Shown: positions 29,520-40,696, counted from the first letter of the stretch. The stretch: DNA of 64,000 bases from Halobacteriovoraceae bacterium (GCA_963719505.1 CAVRCF010000002.1:224001-288000); one strand, 5' to 3'. Program-made: numbers and translations. The notes: generated by a model from the sequence alone, not told the origin.

Positions 29520-30357
29520 GTGAACATTCTATTCATAATACTTACTTTTTTTTCTTTCTTTGCAATCGGCGAAGAAGGGAGCAAGTTGCACTGCAACGTG
29601 GCTTTGAGGTTCGAAGGAAAAACATTTTCAAGGTTTCCCCATATTTGGACCTCTAGCAAGTCAGATAAGATTAAATATAAAGCAACTTTGTCCTCAGCTT
29701 CTGGCGATGAAGTTGAGAATTGCTCTTTAAATCTTCAAACTAATATCGATGAAAAGATTATAGTAAATGAAACCTACTCATGTGGTGGTGAATTTGAGAA
29801 CGAAAAGTTTTTTAGTTTCGGCTATGGTTCTAGTTACAAAGACATTCCTAGTTTTGGAGGGGAAATTTTTTGTCTTTATTCTTCAAGCCAAATAGAAAGT
29901 CCTTCTGAGATAATCAAGTTAACAAGTAAAAGATTATCTGACCTTGCAAAATCTAGCCTTGAAAACATTGAAGTAACCAAACAACTCGAACATACTGTAT
30001 CATCGAAGAAACTTTTCAATATCAAAGACTGTGAATTACTTCAATCCGGAAGAAAGAATAAAAGACAAGTTTGAAAAGCGAATTATTAATCATAGTGGAT
30101 TTGTGTATAGTCCAGGTCAAGTTGTGCATCAGGCAGAAGGGTTGTATGAGTTTCGCAGTGAAGCTGAGATTATTCACTCCTTTCCTCTGGGAGAGGGAAG
30201 GAATAGATATGGGTTAAGCAGTGAGAGATTTATAAACTGTAGCTTGAATAAACCTTCGTCTATGAAAAGTGAATTTATTTTTCCTTCTAAGGATGGGGCA
30301 GATGAAGTTCGCATAAATTCTGATTACATCTGTAGGGTAGATATTAAAAAGAAGTAA
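29520..30357 (+). CDS. Secreted hypothetical protein (probably one gene, frameshift near 30030)
   Basis: AAGGAG RBS, signal peptide; overlapping ORFs 29520-30074 and 30031-30357. Confidence 0.5.
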
Positions 30358-30500
30358 CATAAACTTTTATTTAACTCTAAAAAAGAACTTGTAACTATCG
30401 GGAAGGGGGCACTATCATTCAAGTGGACTAAACCCTTGAATCGGTTTATGGTTGGTTTGTTACACTTAGGTTTTATTTTCTTAAAGTGAAAAGAAGATTG

Positions 30501-30739
30501 GTGGCTATTTTGGCTACACTTGGTACGGTAACCTTAATAATATTATAGGGTTGCAACGATACCGGCACCTCCACCACCGTCAAAGTGCTTGATATTATTG
30601 ACTTTTTAGTCAGTTTTATGTGGCTACTTTGCGGTAAGCGGTTATGTCCCAGATAATTTATGGACTATTGTCCGTAGTTTTTTTCCTTAATTTAAATTAA
30701 CTATTTATTTCTAATTTTATTGTGGGTGTATCGTATAAT
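30501..30739 (+). repeat. att-like repeat copy B with tmRNA/tRNA-Ala-like 3' core and flanking arm motifs
   Basis: GTGGCTATTTTGGCTAC...CGATACCGGCACCTCCACCA (ends 30576)...AAGTGCTTGATATTATTGA...GTGGCTACTTTGCGGTAA...TATAAT. Confidence 0.85.
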
Positions 30740-30776
30740 AAAAATATGGAACAAATATAATGGTCTTTAACTATCA

Positions 30777-31313
30777 ATGAACTCCTCAGAGTTTAAGCCA
30801 CGAACCTTCAAAGCTAAAAATCAAAGACTCTTCAGAGTCTTTTTTAGCACATGTTTGCTTTGCCTAATGTTAACTATGGCAATCAATATGGAGGCAATAG
30901 CTGAAGGAGAGAATGGAAGCTATCTAAAATTCGGACTCGTTGTGGTTGTCTTATCAGCAGTATTTCTTTTTTATGTCGAGAGACTCTCAACGACTTTAAT
31001 TTTTCGCATCCAAAGAAGAAGGCTAAAGTTTGAAATAATTGATCTTTCCAAAAGGTTTCATCCTAAAAAGAAAGGTACTTTATTGTTAGAAGATATCATT
31101 GGTTTGGATTATGAGGATGATGAAATTTTTATTGAAACGAATCGGAAAGTTTATCGATTCAATACCCTCGGGCTTCGAGAACTGGGTAGTAGCTATAAGT
31201 CTGATATTCATAGTCGCTATATATACGACTTACTGAAGGAGAGGCTAGGTGTAATTGGGAAAGTAAACCGAGATCGTATTCCTCTTGTGGATCGGCATAT
31301 ATTTAAAGGTTAG
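30777..31313 (+). CDS. Membrane protein (2 TM plus possible PH-like domain)
   Basis: ORF hydropathy pattern. Confidence 0.55.
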   Translation: MNSSEFKPRTFKAKNQRLFRVFFSTCLLCLMLTMAINMEAIAEGENGSYLKFGLVVVVLSAVFLFYVERLSTTLIFRIQRRRLKFEIIDLSKRFHPKKKGTLLLEDIIGLDYEDDEIFIETNRKVYRFNTLGLRELGSSYKSDIHSRYIYDLLKERLGVIGKVNRDRIPLVDRHIFKG

Positions 31314-31349
31314 TTCTCAACAACAGTATACATCTAAACAGGTAAGTTA

Positions 31350-31637
31350 ATGAAAGATGAAACAAAGAAGATTGAATTTATTTATAATTTGAGAAAGGTT
31401 AGATGGCTCGGTATAACTCTTTTTGTCATATTTATTAATTATTTTGAAGATTATTTTTGGATTGATTGGGGGATATTGTTGCCAGTAATAATTGTTTTAT
31501 TACTGACTTTCGAGATCGTTATAAATTATCAATCTGGAAAGTTGATGTGCCCGAAATGCGGTAAGCAATTTCACGCAGCCACTATAGCGACATTTAAGCT
31601 AGAGTGCATGAACTGTGGAAAAAAATTAGAAGATTAG
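31350..31637 (+). CDS. Small membrane protein with zinc ribbon
   Basis: 2 TM, CPKCG...CMNCG. Confidence 0.65.
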   Translation: MKDETKKIEFIYNLRKVRWLGITLFVIFINYFEDYFWIDWGILLPVIIVLLLTFEIVINYQSGKLMCPKCGKQFHAATIATFKLECMNCGKKLED

Positions 31638-31720
31638 CAATTAAAGGATATTAAATGTCATTTGTTAAAAAAATCACATATTCAGATTTAACTTTATTCA
31701 GCCATGCTTAGTTAATTAAA

Positions 31721-32143
31721 TTATTCCCGATCTCGATAACCAACGCCACCGTAAGTCGTATCAACCATTGATACTAATTTACTTATAAGTTTGTCTTTAA
31801 AGAAAGCAATCGGAGTTAGTAATAGTAATATTATAAAAACCGCCACTTTAAGTTTCCCTTTTATTGCGTAATTCTTTGCATCTTTAAAGTCAAACGAGCA
31901 ATCCTTTAACAAAACTCTTCCATCAGTTCTTTGATAAACCTTTAAGCAGAAACTTAGATGGTTAGGATTCGTTGAAAATAATTGTTGAACATCATCTTCA
32001 CTCATCTCTTTTATATCATAGACCAGGTTTTCACATTGACTACAGTGTCGACAACTATTATTAATCTTCTTCATTTGCTCCCACTTTTCATTACAAGGAG
32101 AAGCTATTTCATATTGAATGTCTTTAATATTAAACTTTGTCAT
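31721..32143 (-). CDS. Cys-rich hypothetical protein with C-terminal TM
   Basis: IASPCNEKWEQM..RHCSQC..VYD..C...YQRTDG motif. Confidence 0.65.
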   Translation of the reverse strand: MTKFNIKDIQYEIASPCNEKWEQMKKINNSCRHCSQCENLVYDIKEMSEDDVQQLFSTNPNHLSFCLKVYQRTDGRVLLKDCSFDFKDAKNYAIKGKLKVAVFIILLLLTPIAFFKDKLISKLVSMVDTTYGGVGYRDRE

Positions 32144-32453
32144 AGGATATATTGTAGCTCAAGTATAGCTGGAGAGGATTAATTTAAATTAAGGTGATTG
32201 TTGTATTTACGAATCTTCCTCATTATTAAGAACTTACATTGTTACTTCTGTTTTGGAGGTAATTCGCTCAATTCTGTTGGTGCCATTTAATGTACGCATA
32301 GTTGGTCCTAGTTTTTTTATCTAGACCTTAACTAAATTCGTATAAATTTTTGACACTGTAATTATTAAAGTCAATTTTATCTCTCATCAAGATATCTTAA
32401 TGCAATCTCTTAAGTACTATCGGGCACTTATTGTTCTCCATCACTATAGACTT

Positions 32454-32469
32454 TGGCATCACTTGTGCA
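32454..32469 (+). promoter_or_regulatory. Sigma54 -24/-12 promoter candidate
   Basis: TGGCAT-CACTT-GTGCA ~30 bp before ATG 32501. Confidence 0.55.
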
Positions 32470-32500
32470 AATTAAGAGTTAGAACTAACAGGGGAGATTT

Positions 32501-32770
32501 ATGAAACTATTTACTGCATTTATTCTATTAACGTTATCTTTTAACTCTTTTTCATATAGTGTTGTTGATTCGATGTATGAATCAAAACTAGCGGATAACT
32601 CATATCGACTTCCTGCTTCTGGTGTTGATCAATTTTGTCTTATGACTGATCAGAATAAACTCTTTGCTAATTCTTGTTACAGCGACGTTGATCTTTGCCA
32701 AAAGAGATTGAACTTTTGGAAAAATCTACCAGGTGTAAAAAAACACACATGTGTTAAAATACAAAAATAA
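32501..32770 (+). CDS. Small secreted Cys protein
   Basis: Signal peptide, RLPAS motif, 4 Cys. Confidence 0.65.
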   Translation: MKLFTAFILLTLSFNSFSYSVVDSMYESKLADNSYRLPASGVDQFCLMTDQNKLFANSCYSDVDLCQKRLNFWKNLPGVKKHTCVKIQK

Positions 32771-32792
32771 ATTTTAAAAGCTAGGAAGGCTT

Positions 32793-33659
32793 ATGATTAA
32801 ATTTCTACTCTTTTGTAGTGTGCTGTTTGTTTCTGCTGCAATTGCTCAAAACAATGAAAACTCTGATGATGTCAAAAAAGAATCAGTCGACCTGAAAGTC
32901 GATGAAATAGATCTTTTGAAAAAACGAATCCAATATTTAGAGGACGTTCAGAATGAAAGCTCTGAGATCCTGAAAATGCAATTGGCTGATCAACACTTCG
33001 ATCAAAACAGCCGAGGATATTTTGAAGTCAAAATCGGTCAGTCTATGTTTTCTCCCGAAGAGATTGAGGATGAGAATGATGAATTTTACAGTAGCCTAGA
33101 CGGAGAGACAAATTGGGGCAAGTTTAGATCTGCAACAATCTTTGAATTTGAAATCGGAAAATCCTTTTTAGATCGAAATATCAATGGAAGTACCATCAAA
33201 CATGAAATTGGTATCGGTTATCAACTTTTTAAAGCTGAACAAGAAGCCAAATATAAACCTGACTCCGGTCAAACCATTAAAATTTACGAGACCGTAGATA
33301 TACATACTCTTTTTGCTCGATATGCAATGCTCTTTAGTCTTAGAGAAAATGGTAAGACGTTTTTTGGGCCAGGAGTAACGCTTGGTTATTCTCCGAAAAG
33401 TGATATCTCAATTGATTTTCGAAGTGAAGATGAAGGAGTTAAAGTTACCGGAGAGAGTACTTCATTTTTATTTGAAATCTTTGGTAAATTTAAAATGGAG
33501 CTTTCTCGCTATTCATTTTTTGTCATGAATGTTGGGTATCGGTCTCAACAGGCAGACGACTTGAGGCTTAGTGCCGCGGATATCGTAAGTATTTCGACAC
33601 AGACTGACTTAGATGCCTCAGGGCTATTTGGGACTTTAGGACTTGCGATTGCTTTTTAA
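32793..33659 (+). CDS. Outer-membrane beta-barrel protein with N-terminal coiled coil
   Basis: Signal peptide, amphipathic strands, terminal Phe (LGLAIAF). Confidence 0.7.
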   Translation: MIKFLLFCSVLFVSAAIAQNNENSDDVKKESVDLKVDEIDLLKKRIQYLEDVQNESSEILKMQLADQHFDQNSRGYFEVKIGQSMFSPEEIEDENDEFYSSLDGETNWGKFRSATIFEFEIGKSFLDRNINGSTIKHEIGIGYQLFKAEQEAKYKPDSGQTIKIYETVDIHTLFARYAMLFSLRENGKTFFGPGVTLGYSPKSDISIDFRSEDEGVKVTGESTSFLFEIFGKFKMELSRYSFFVMNVGYRSQQADDLRLSAADIVSISTQTDLDASGLFGTLGLAIAF

Positions 33660-33731
33660 CTGAGTTTGTTCTAGAAAATACCTTGAGAATAATCCAAAAC
33701 TAACATGCATCTAAAGAGATTCCTTTTTGTG

Positions 33732-33792
33732 GTCTTTCCTTAATTTAAATTAACTATTTATTTCGAAATTTGCCTCTGTCGTGTCGTATAAT
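33732..33792 (+). repeat. Partial copy C (3' third) of the att-like repeat
   Basis: GTCTTTCCTTAATTTAAATTAACTATTTATTTC...TCGTATAAT matches copies A/B. Confidence 0.75.
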
Positions 33793-33952
33793 TAAAGAAT
33801 GATTTATAAAATAAACAGCAAACTTATTAATATTTCTTTTTTGAGAAACTATTTGAATAGATACAAAACCGACTCAGATCAGATGTATATTGATTTGTCA
33901 GGGGCTGAGTTTACTTGGGAAATCAAGATTAACTATAAATGGAGATAATATT

Positions 33953-34333
33953 ATGAAAAATTATTTAGTATCTGTTATGGCATTTTGCTCAATGTGCATG
34001 GCCATAAGTATCTTTACATTTGCATCAGGACTGCTATCCGTCCTGTCACCTGAGGCATCCTTGAGTTCCTCAGTATTCTCTAAATATAATGATATTAAAT
34101 ACTATACCCAGGTGACAGAAGAAAATAAGTACGAAAAAGACGATGAAAAAGTTGAGAAACGCTCTGATGAAGAAATTAAAGAAGAGTGGAAAACATATAA
34201 AAGAGCTAAAATCTCAGCGGAAAAGCATGATGGAATGAGTTCTATAACAAGTTCAATAGTTTCGTTGCTTGTATTCGGATCTATATTTTTATTTAAATGG
34301 TTCCTATACAGAAAAATGAAGAAAGTAAATTGA
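33953..34333 (+). CDS. Two-TM hypothetical protein
   Basis: GGAG RBS at MKNYL; TM at both ends. Confidence 0.6.
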   Translation: MKNYLVSVMAFCSMCMAISIFTFASGLLSVLSPEASLSSSVFSKYNDIKYYTQVTEENKYEKDDEKVEKRSDEEIKEEWKTYKRAKISAEKHDGMSSITSSIVSLLVFGSIFLFKWFLYRKMKKVN

Positions 34334-34905
34334 TATAAAACAATAATATAGAGAAGTTTATTGAAAGTATCAGGAGTTGTGTCGAACAATTAATAATTGA
34401 AAATACCGCTAATCTTTTAATCACCTGATGAATTTTCTTCAGAAGGGTATCGATTATGGTTGTTTGAAATTCTTTATCTTGTTTCTACTGCGATTGCTTT
34501 GTTTTCAATAGTCCACTTATAATCCATAATTTTCTTACATCCTTTATGTAAAAGAATAAGGAGTATTAGAATTAGCAGTATTGAAGTAGTTAAATTCTCA
34601 TTAAACTTCTTATTAAATTTTTTGATAATCTTTTTAAAAAAACATCTCATTGTATAGTCTCATTCTAGGTTCTCTCTCATGACTCTTGTCTTATAACCTC
34701 GATCTTGTGTTAAGTGAATATTTGAAATATTAACTATGTAATACTGAAAACATCTCTTTCTCCGTCAAAGATTCTTAATTATATTTAAGGTTTGGCTCCT
34801 TATATAAGCAAATCAAACGTTTTGCAGCGGCATTGAGGAGCATTAAGATTTATTAACTAATTCTTGATCGTTTAGATGCCGAAGGGATTAAAGATAGGAG
34901 AATTA

Positions 34906-37618
34906 ATGAGATTATTTTTAACATTTTTATATATAGGACTTCTGCCACAATGCTTTGCTAGGTGGGCGACCTTTGACGATCTTAGTTATGAAATCACAAA
35001 TAATGAAACCTTCGTTGAAGTCAATAAAGACGGAAGCTATACCGAGAAAAATGAAATCTCATACAAGATACTAAAAAAAGAGGGTATTGAAGCTTTAAAA
35101 TTTCGCCAAGTGACTTTTGATGAAAATATATCAAAAGTTGTCATTACAAAAGCTGAGACAGTTAATAATGGAGTCATCTCTCCTATAGATATCACGAAAC
35201 TAACTTCTAAGTCTTTAAGTGAAAAAGATCAGGGATTTAACTCATACAAGGCCTTTAAAATAGGCTTTCATAATTTAAGTATTGGGACAACGGTACGGTA
35301 TGGGTATACAAGAACCACCAATAAGCCATCAGTTTTAGGGCATTACTCACAAAGACATGTTTTTGGTCTTTATGAATTTGAGAAATCCAGCCGGACAGTT
35401 GTGAAGTCAAAAATACCTATTAACTATTTTCTTAATGATAATAAAAAGGTCTTAGATGTTAAGAAGTATGAAAAAGATGGTCACTACTTTATTGAGTTGG
35501 CACTTAAAAAGCCAGTTCTGCGCCTACCTGTTGGGGAGTACTTCTCAAGTCTTGTAAAAGAAGAGGTCGCATTTATTGATATCTCAACAGATGATAATTG
35601 GGACTTTTTAACAAAAAGAATTGAACCTCAGTACAGATCAGTTTATGAACAGAAGATTCCTGAAGAATTCCAATATATTTTATCTAATGCATCAAAGATT
35701 ACATCTCATAAAGATAAAGTTACTTATACGTTGTCTGAAATTATAAAAAAGATTACCTATATTGGTTACTGGAATACTTCAAAGGGAAAGCTTATCCCAA
35801 GAGACCTAAGTGAAATCGCAAAAACCATGACGGGTGATTGTAAGGATTTTACGAGTCTTACTGTGTCCCTTTTGAAAGCTCAAGGAATTGTCTCGTATCC
35901 TTCCCCTAGTTTATAGAGGAATGAAGGGGAGTGGCTATTTTCCCCAGTCCTTGGCGCCATCTATGAGTGCGTTTAATCATGTGGTTGTGGCCGTGGACGC
36001 TGATGAAGGTACCTATTGGGTGGATCCTACTAATAAAGTCTCTTTTGGAGGGGCCATGGAAGATATCTCTGATAGAGAAACTTTTGTGTTAAAGCCGAAT
36101 AATAAAGATCTTGATAGAATTATTGATGGGATGACTTCTAGCATGCTCGTTAAGCAAGCTTTCGATTTTGAAGGAGATCTTGTAAAAGCTCGGGGGATAT
36201 TGAAGTACGATGGAATTTTTGCCAAAGCGTTTCATTCTGGTTCTAAGGACGAAAATGAACATGATAAATCACTACTAAAGTCATCAAACGAGAGACTGTC
36301 TCCTTTTGACTGGAAAATTTCAGGACTCAAAAGAAATTCGAATATAATTAAAAATGAGAAGGTTAATTTTACATATAGCGCAAAGAATAATTTGTTAAAA
36401 GAAGATGAATGGTTTCTTTACGAGTTTGAAAATAAGATCACTAAAGTTTATGCCCTTGCAAATAAAAAGAGAGTAACTGACTTTTATATCTCCTCTAAGC
36501 TAAAGCATAAAGAGATGACTTTTCTAAAAGGTGCAAAGATTGTCGATTCATCTTTTGCAAATTGCAATGTCAAATCGAAGTGGATTGATGTTTCGAGAAA
36601 AATTACCGAGAACAAGAAAGGCATTAAGGTTATCTCTAAATTCGAAATAAAGAAAAAAACTCTTAAGCATGAAGACTTTATTAAAGATGAATGGGAAATT
36701 TTAGTCGATAGAATTGACAGCTGTGCCAATACTAATTTTTCATTCACATTAGATAAAAATTTTATCAAAGAGGATCCATTGAAAGAGCTTTTTGCTGGCG
36801 GAAAGTTAAATTTGTCAGTACTAGAGGATCTTTCAGATAATAGGAGTAATAGAAAACTTCTTCAGGTCTCTAATAGTCTCATAAAGAAACTGCCGGATAA
36901 TCCTTATGGTTATTATTTTGCAAGCAAGGCGACAAGAATGCTTGGCTATCATAGCTATGGAACCTTTGAGGGAGACTCTCTTTCAAAAGCTCTCTCCTTA
37001 GCGGATAAAATGATAAAACTTGATCCCCGAAATGTACTTTTTATCGACTATTATTCTCAATTAAATTCAAATGCCGATAATGATGAAGTTGCTAAAAAGT
37101 ATCAAAAGATTTTGGAAAATGATTTTCCTAATCATCCGCTTACTCAATATAGAATTGCATCGATGTATACCCAAGGCTCGGAGGCCAAGGAGCGTGTCCT
37201 ACTCGACTTTGTTTTAAAAAACATTGATCAGTTAACGAGAGAGCATAAAATTGATTTTTATAGTTTTTTTGGAGACCAATTAATTAAAAAGTTGAGGCTA
37301 AAAAAAATGTTTTAAGTGGCCAATCCAGGGGGGGAAGGGAAAACAAAGGGTGGGGGAGAAGGGGAAAAAAAAAAAAGGAGAGAAATGAAAGGGGAAAATA
37401 AAAAAAAAAAAATAAAATCAGAGTCGTTTTTTAGGATAAAGGCTGAATACTTTGCTGGCAGGTTAGAATTCTTTCATGGCAAAAAGTCGAGAGAACCCGC
37501 AAGTTTGGCCAAGGCCAAAAAGCACTTTGATAGAGTTGGTGAGATTTCTCCAAAAGATAAGCACTTTGTTGAGCAGTACCTTTTAGATATTGAAAAAATG
37601 AATAAAGAATCAAAATAG
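34906..37618 (+). CDS. DUF3857 + transglutaminase-like + TPR protein (frameshift near 35890; corrupted sequence near 37300-37420)
   Basis: VEVNKDGSY, GDCKD, FNHVV, WVDPT catalytic triad; helical TPR-like C-terminus. Confidence 0.75.
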
Positions 37619-37820
37619 CTTTGTCATAGTAAGTTTAGGGATCCTCCCTCGTGGGTTGTCTCACGATTGTCAAAGCTTTGTAGCATCTTATGTGTTTCCA
37701 CGCATTTAAAGTTCATATCCTCTTATTCTAAAAGGATCGAGACAAATACCTGAAAATTTGTTAGTATAGATGTCTTAAATTAAGTTTCTCACCATAATTA
37801 GAGTCACAATGAGCTAAGAA

Positions 37821-39173
37821 TTGCCTATGACACAAAAATTCAAAATTGTATATGCAGAGGACAATGTCATCTTAAGAGATCTTCTTGGATCGACGATTGA
37901 AGGCGAGCTGGAATGTGAGCTGGTGGAATTTGATTCTGGCAATGAGCTCATTTCATATATGAAAGAGAATGACGATGTAAAACTGGTTTTAACCGATTAC
38001 AATATGCCAGATGGTAATGGCGGCGATGTCTATGGCTATTTAAAAGAAAATGGAAACAAAGTCCCTTGTCTGTTGATTAGCTCTGATTTCCCAGAGGATC
38101 ACGCTGAATTTAGTGATTTCTACCAAACCAACAGTTATAATCATTATTTCGAAAAACCTTTTGATATTGAAAAAGTGTTGAATTTTATCAAAAAACTTGT
38201 TCCCTCTGATAGTGATCGCGAATACAAGCCAGTTAAAATTGAAAGGTTCTTTAATCACAACCCAGTAAGTGTTGACGTGTATATCCGTCTGTCTGAGCAA
38301 AAGTATGTAAAATTAATTAAAGAAGGTGATGTCTTTATTAAAGGTCAGTTACAAAGATATATTGATGATGAGAAAATTAAGTTTTTTTATGTGAAGGCGG
38401 CGGAATTTAAACACTTTATAGATTCTTTTTCTGAGCAATTGGAGTCAATCTTAAGTCAAAAAGATCTAAAATTTGAAAATAGATTTGAGACTGAACTTGT
38501 CGGTGCAGCCTTTATTCATGATATTTGTAATGATCTTGGAATTAATGAAGTCACTATTGATACAGTGAACGCAATAACGAAATCGACAGTTTCAACGATT
38601 AAAAAAAGTAACCCTAAAGTTTTTAAAATGCTTTTAGAGATGATGACTAATGACGGATTTCTCTATTCTCACAGCTTAATGACCTCTTATATTAGTTGTG
38701 AAATCGCTCAAAAAATGGAGTGGAGTACATCTTCAATTTATAAAAAATTTAGTATTGCGTCTCTTTTGCATGATATAGGTCTTAGCGAAGCTTCCTCAAG
38801 GGTCAATATACTGACGAATGAGAGTTTAAGCGATAGTTTGAGCGCGGCTGAGCTTAACTTTTTAAAGGAGCATCCTCAGCTCAATTATGAACTCGTCCAC
38901 GAGATAGAAAGTTTTCCCTCTGATGTTGGTACGTTAATCCTCACGCACCATGAAAGACCTGATGGATCTGGCTTTCCTAGAGGTTTGGGGTCTTTAAAAA
39001 CGTCTCCACTGAGTTGTACTTTTAATTTGGCCCACGAATTTGTTCATCATTTTTTTGAACACAATTGTGATAGTTCTAAAGTAGAAGATATCTTGCAGAT
39101 TTTAAAAACCGAGTTCAATGTTGGAAATTATAAGAAACCTTTTGAGGCGCTTGTTCAAATTGTCGGTAAATAA
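37821..39173 (+). CDS. Response regulator with HD-GYP-like domain
   Basis: REC (AED, TDYNMPDGNG, KPF); HS, LLHDIG, EHP, HHERPDGSGFPRGL. Confidence 0.88.
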   Translation: MPMTQKFKIVYAEDNVILRDLLGSTIEGELECELVEFDSGNELISYMKENDDVKLVLTDYNMPDGNGGDVYGYLKENGNKVPCLLISSDFPEDHAEFSDFYQTNSYNHYFEKPFDIEKVLNFIKKLVPSDSDREYKPVKIERFFNHNPVSVDVYIRLSEQKYVKLIKEGDVFIKGQLQRYIDDEKIKFFYVKAAEFKHFIDSFSEQLESILSQKDLKFENRFETELVGAAFIHDICNDLGINEVTIDTVNAITKSTVSTIKKSNPKVFKMLLEMMTNDGFLYSHSLMTSYISCEIAQKMEWSTSSIYKKFSIASLLHDIGLSEASSRVNILTNESLSDSLSAAELNFLKEHPQLNYELVHEIESFPSDVGTLILTHHERPDGSGFPRGLGSLKTSPLSCTFNLAHEFVHHFFEHNCDSSKVEDILQILKTEFNVGNYKKPFEALVQIVGK

Positions 39174-39350
39174 ATTTCATATTTCACGAGCTCAATTATT
39201 TCTCAGTAGTTCTCCCGTCTTAAATTTTTCAATTCATTTTGGCTTCCATTTTGAGACCGCCATCCAATAATCTCTACTAAAGAGTCAAAGTGGGACTGTC
39301 ACTGCGCACCTTGCGGCGCGGCAAGGGCCTGAATTTTTGTTCTTTATCAC

Positions 39351-39366
39351 TGGCTTTTAAATTGCA
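39351..39366 (+). promoter_or_regulatory. Sigma54 promoter candidate
   Basis: TGGCTT-TTAAA-TTGCA ~40 bp before ATG 39409. Confidence 0.55.
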
Positions 39367-39408
39367 GACTGAAATACACAAGTATTTAAAGAATTTAAAA
39401 GGAGTGCA

Positions 39409-39825
39409 ATGAAAAGTTTAATCTGTATGGTTTTTATGTTTTCCCTGACAAGCTCTTTTGCCAGTTGTCTCTCTGATCTCAGTGGTTATTTTGGATCGAG
39501 TGAAGCGCAAAGAAGATGTCGTGGTGTAAGAGATTTTTGTTTTGATGACGCTAGAAGATCAATGGGACCTGGAAATAGTGCAAGCCACTGTCAGAGTGTT
39601 CATTCTGAATCTTGCTACGACGCTATGAGAAGATACTACGGACCTGGTCAATCGGCTAAAACGTGTAAACGTGTCTACAGCTCAGAGTGCTTTGAGACTT
39701 TAAATCGATACAAGGGACCAGTTGAGTCAGCTCAAACCTGTCAAAATGTAAGAGCGAGTTGCTTTAGTGAGCAGCGCCAAAGAGGCAAAGGCCCGGTAAC
39801 TTCAGCAAATAATTGTAAACGATAA
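39409..39825 (+). CDS. Secreted protein made of five ~25-aa Cys-pair repeats
   Basis: Signal peptide; C-x8-G(P)xx(S)AxxC repeated. Confidence 0.75.
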   Translation: MKSLICMVFMFSLTSSFASCLSDLSGYFGSSEAQRRCRGVRDFCFDDARRSMGPGNSASHCQSVHSESCYDAMRRYYGPGQSAKTCKRVYSSECFETLNRYKGPVESAQTCQNVRASCFSEQRQRGKGPVTSANNCKR

Positions 39826-39838
39826 TTTAGGAGAGAAA

Positions 39839-40387
39839 ATGAAATATTTAATTATAGGTCTCGTATCCCTTATGAGTTTCGCAAGCTTCGCAGCTCGTGA
39901 CTTTAATATTATAAATGGAGGGATTAATATCTCTCGAGTGCATGCCTTTGAAGGGAAGGAGCTGATGTTGTCAGAAATTCCAGCTGTTTTTTCTTATTCA
40001 AAAGACTTCACTTATTGTGGGCTTAAAGTGAATAAGACAATTCTCAAGTGTAGCTTTATTGATATGGCTTACATAATGCCAGGAATCCCTTTTATTAAGT
40101 TTGAAAAAGACGTAGCTTCAAACATCCTAAAACTGCAGGGTCTTATTGACTACCTTGATGATATCGTTGAAATCATGGCACCTCTTCCGGTAGATCCAAA
40201 TGCGTCTATGCAGCGAGTGGGCTATCCCTTTCCTTCACCAGGAAGAGATACTGATGCAGGCTTTTTTTACTATAACGACCAAAGGGGAAGCTCTGTAAGA
40301 GAAAGCGGTGAATACTACTATCCGCTAAGATTGCAAACTTATGTGCCTGAAGAGTCTTTTCATATTGAGTTTGTACCGAGCAAGTAA
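39839..40387 (+). CDS. Secreted hypothetical protein
   Basis: AGGAG RBS, signal peptide. Confidence 0.65.
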   Translation: MKYLIIGLVSLMSFASFAARDFNIINGGINISRVHAFEGKELMLSEIPAVFSYSKDFTYCGLKVNKTILKCSFIDMAYIMPGIPFIKFEKDVASNILKLQGLIDYLDDIVEIMAPLPVDPNASMQRVGYPFPSPGRDTDAGFFYYNDQRGSSVRESGEYYYPLRLQTYVPEESFHIEFVPSK

Positions 40388-40642
40388 AGGTTTATTGGCG
40401 GTCTTAAAATAGAAAATTGATGACTTGCATGACTAAATGTGAAGCTTAATACATATTCTGTTCAAGCTTTTAAGAGGTGTTACTCTTTTTGATATGTCAT
40501 GTTGAAGTATGAAAAATAAGCAACTCTATTTTAAAATTTTTGTTTTTATACTTATTATCTTGGGTCTTGTGGTTACTTTTAATTCAAATCAGCAAAGTAA
40601 TATTTCTCCTGAAAGTAACCCGCCAACCTTTTCTCAATAGAT

Positions 40643-40671
40643 AAAAAAACCCTCGTCTATAAAAGACGAGG
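40643..40671 (-). terminator. Intrinsic terminator of the BON gene
   Basis: CCTCGTCT/AGACGAGG stem with T-run on the minus strand. Confidence 0.7.
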
Positions 40672-40696
40672 CTTAAAGCTTTTTTCGAATAGTTAT

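Larger units (their letters stand above)
39244..40414. repeat. 19-bp inverted repeats (17/19) flanking a two-gene unit
   Basis: TTCCATTTTGAGACCGCCA (39244-39262) vs TGGCGGTCTTAAAATAGAA (40396-40414). Confidence 0.55.

Noticed and set aside
30552-30576. Intact tRNA/tmRNA gene
   Set aside because: Only a 3' acceptor-like fragment; no pairing 5' strand or cloverleaf upstream
29387-32194. Extra CCTTAA-type palindromes at 29387 and 32179 resembling parts of the att-like repeat
   Set aside because: Almost all A/T and lacking flanking similarity; chance cannot be excluded without statistics
27153-32423. Recurrent intergenic ACTATCGG (27153, 30394, 32416)
   Set aside because: Only 8 bp; may be sigma28-like -10 boxes, but there are no convincing -35 boxes and two lack a downstream gene
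37316-37618. Separate 100-aa ORF with a G/K/E-rich N-terminus
   Set aside because: Built on runs of A and G that look like consensus corruption; the 3' part is probably the TPR end of the upstream gene
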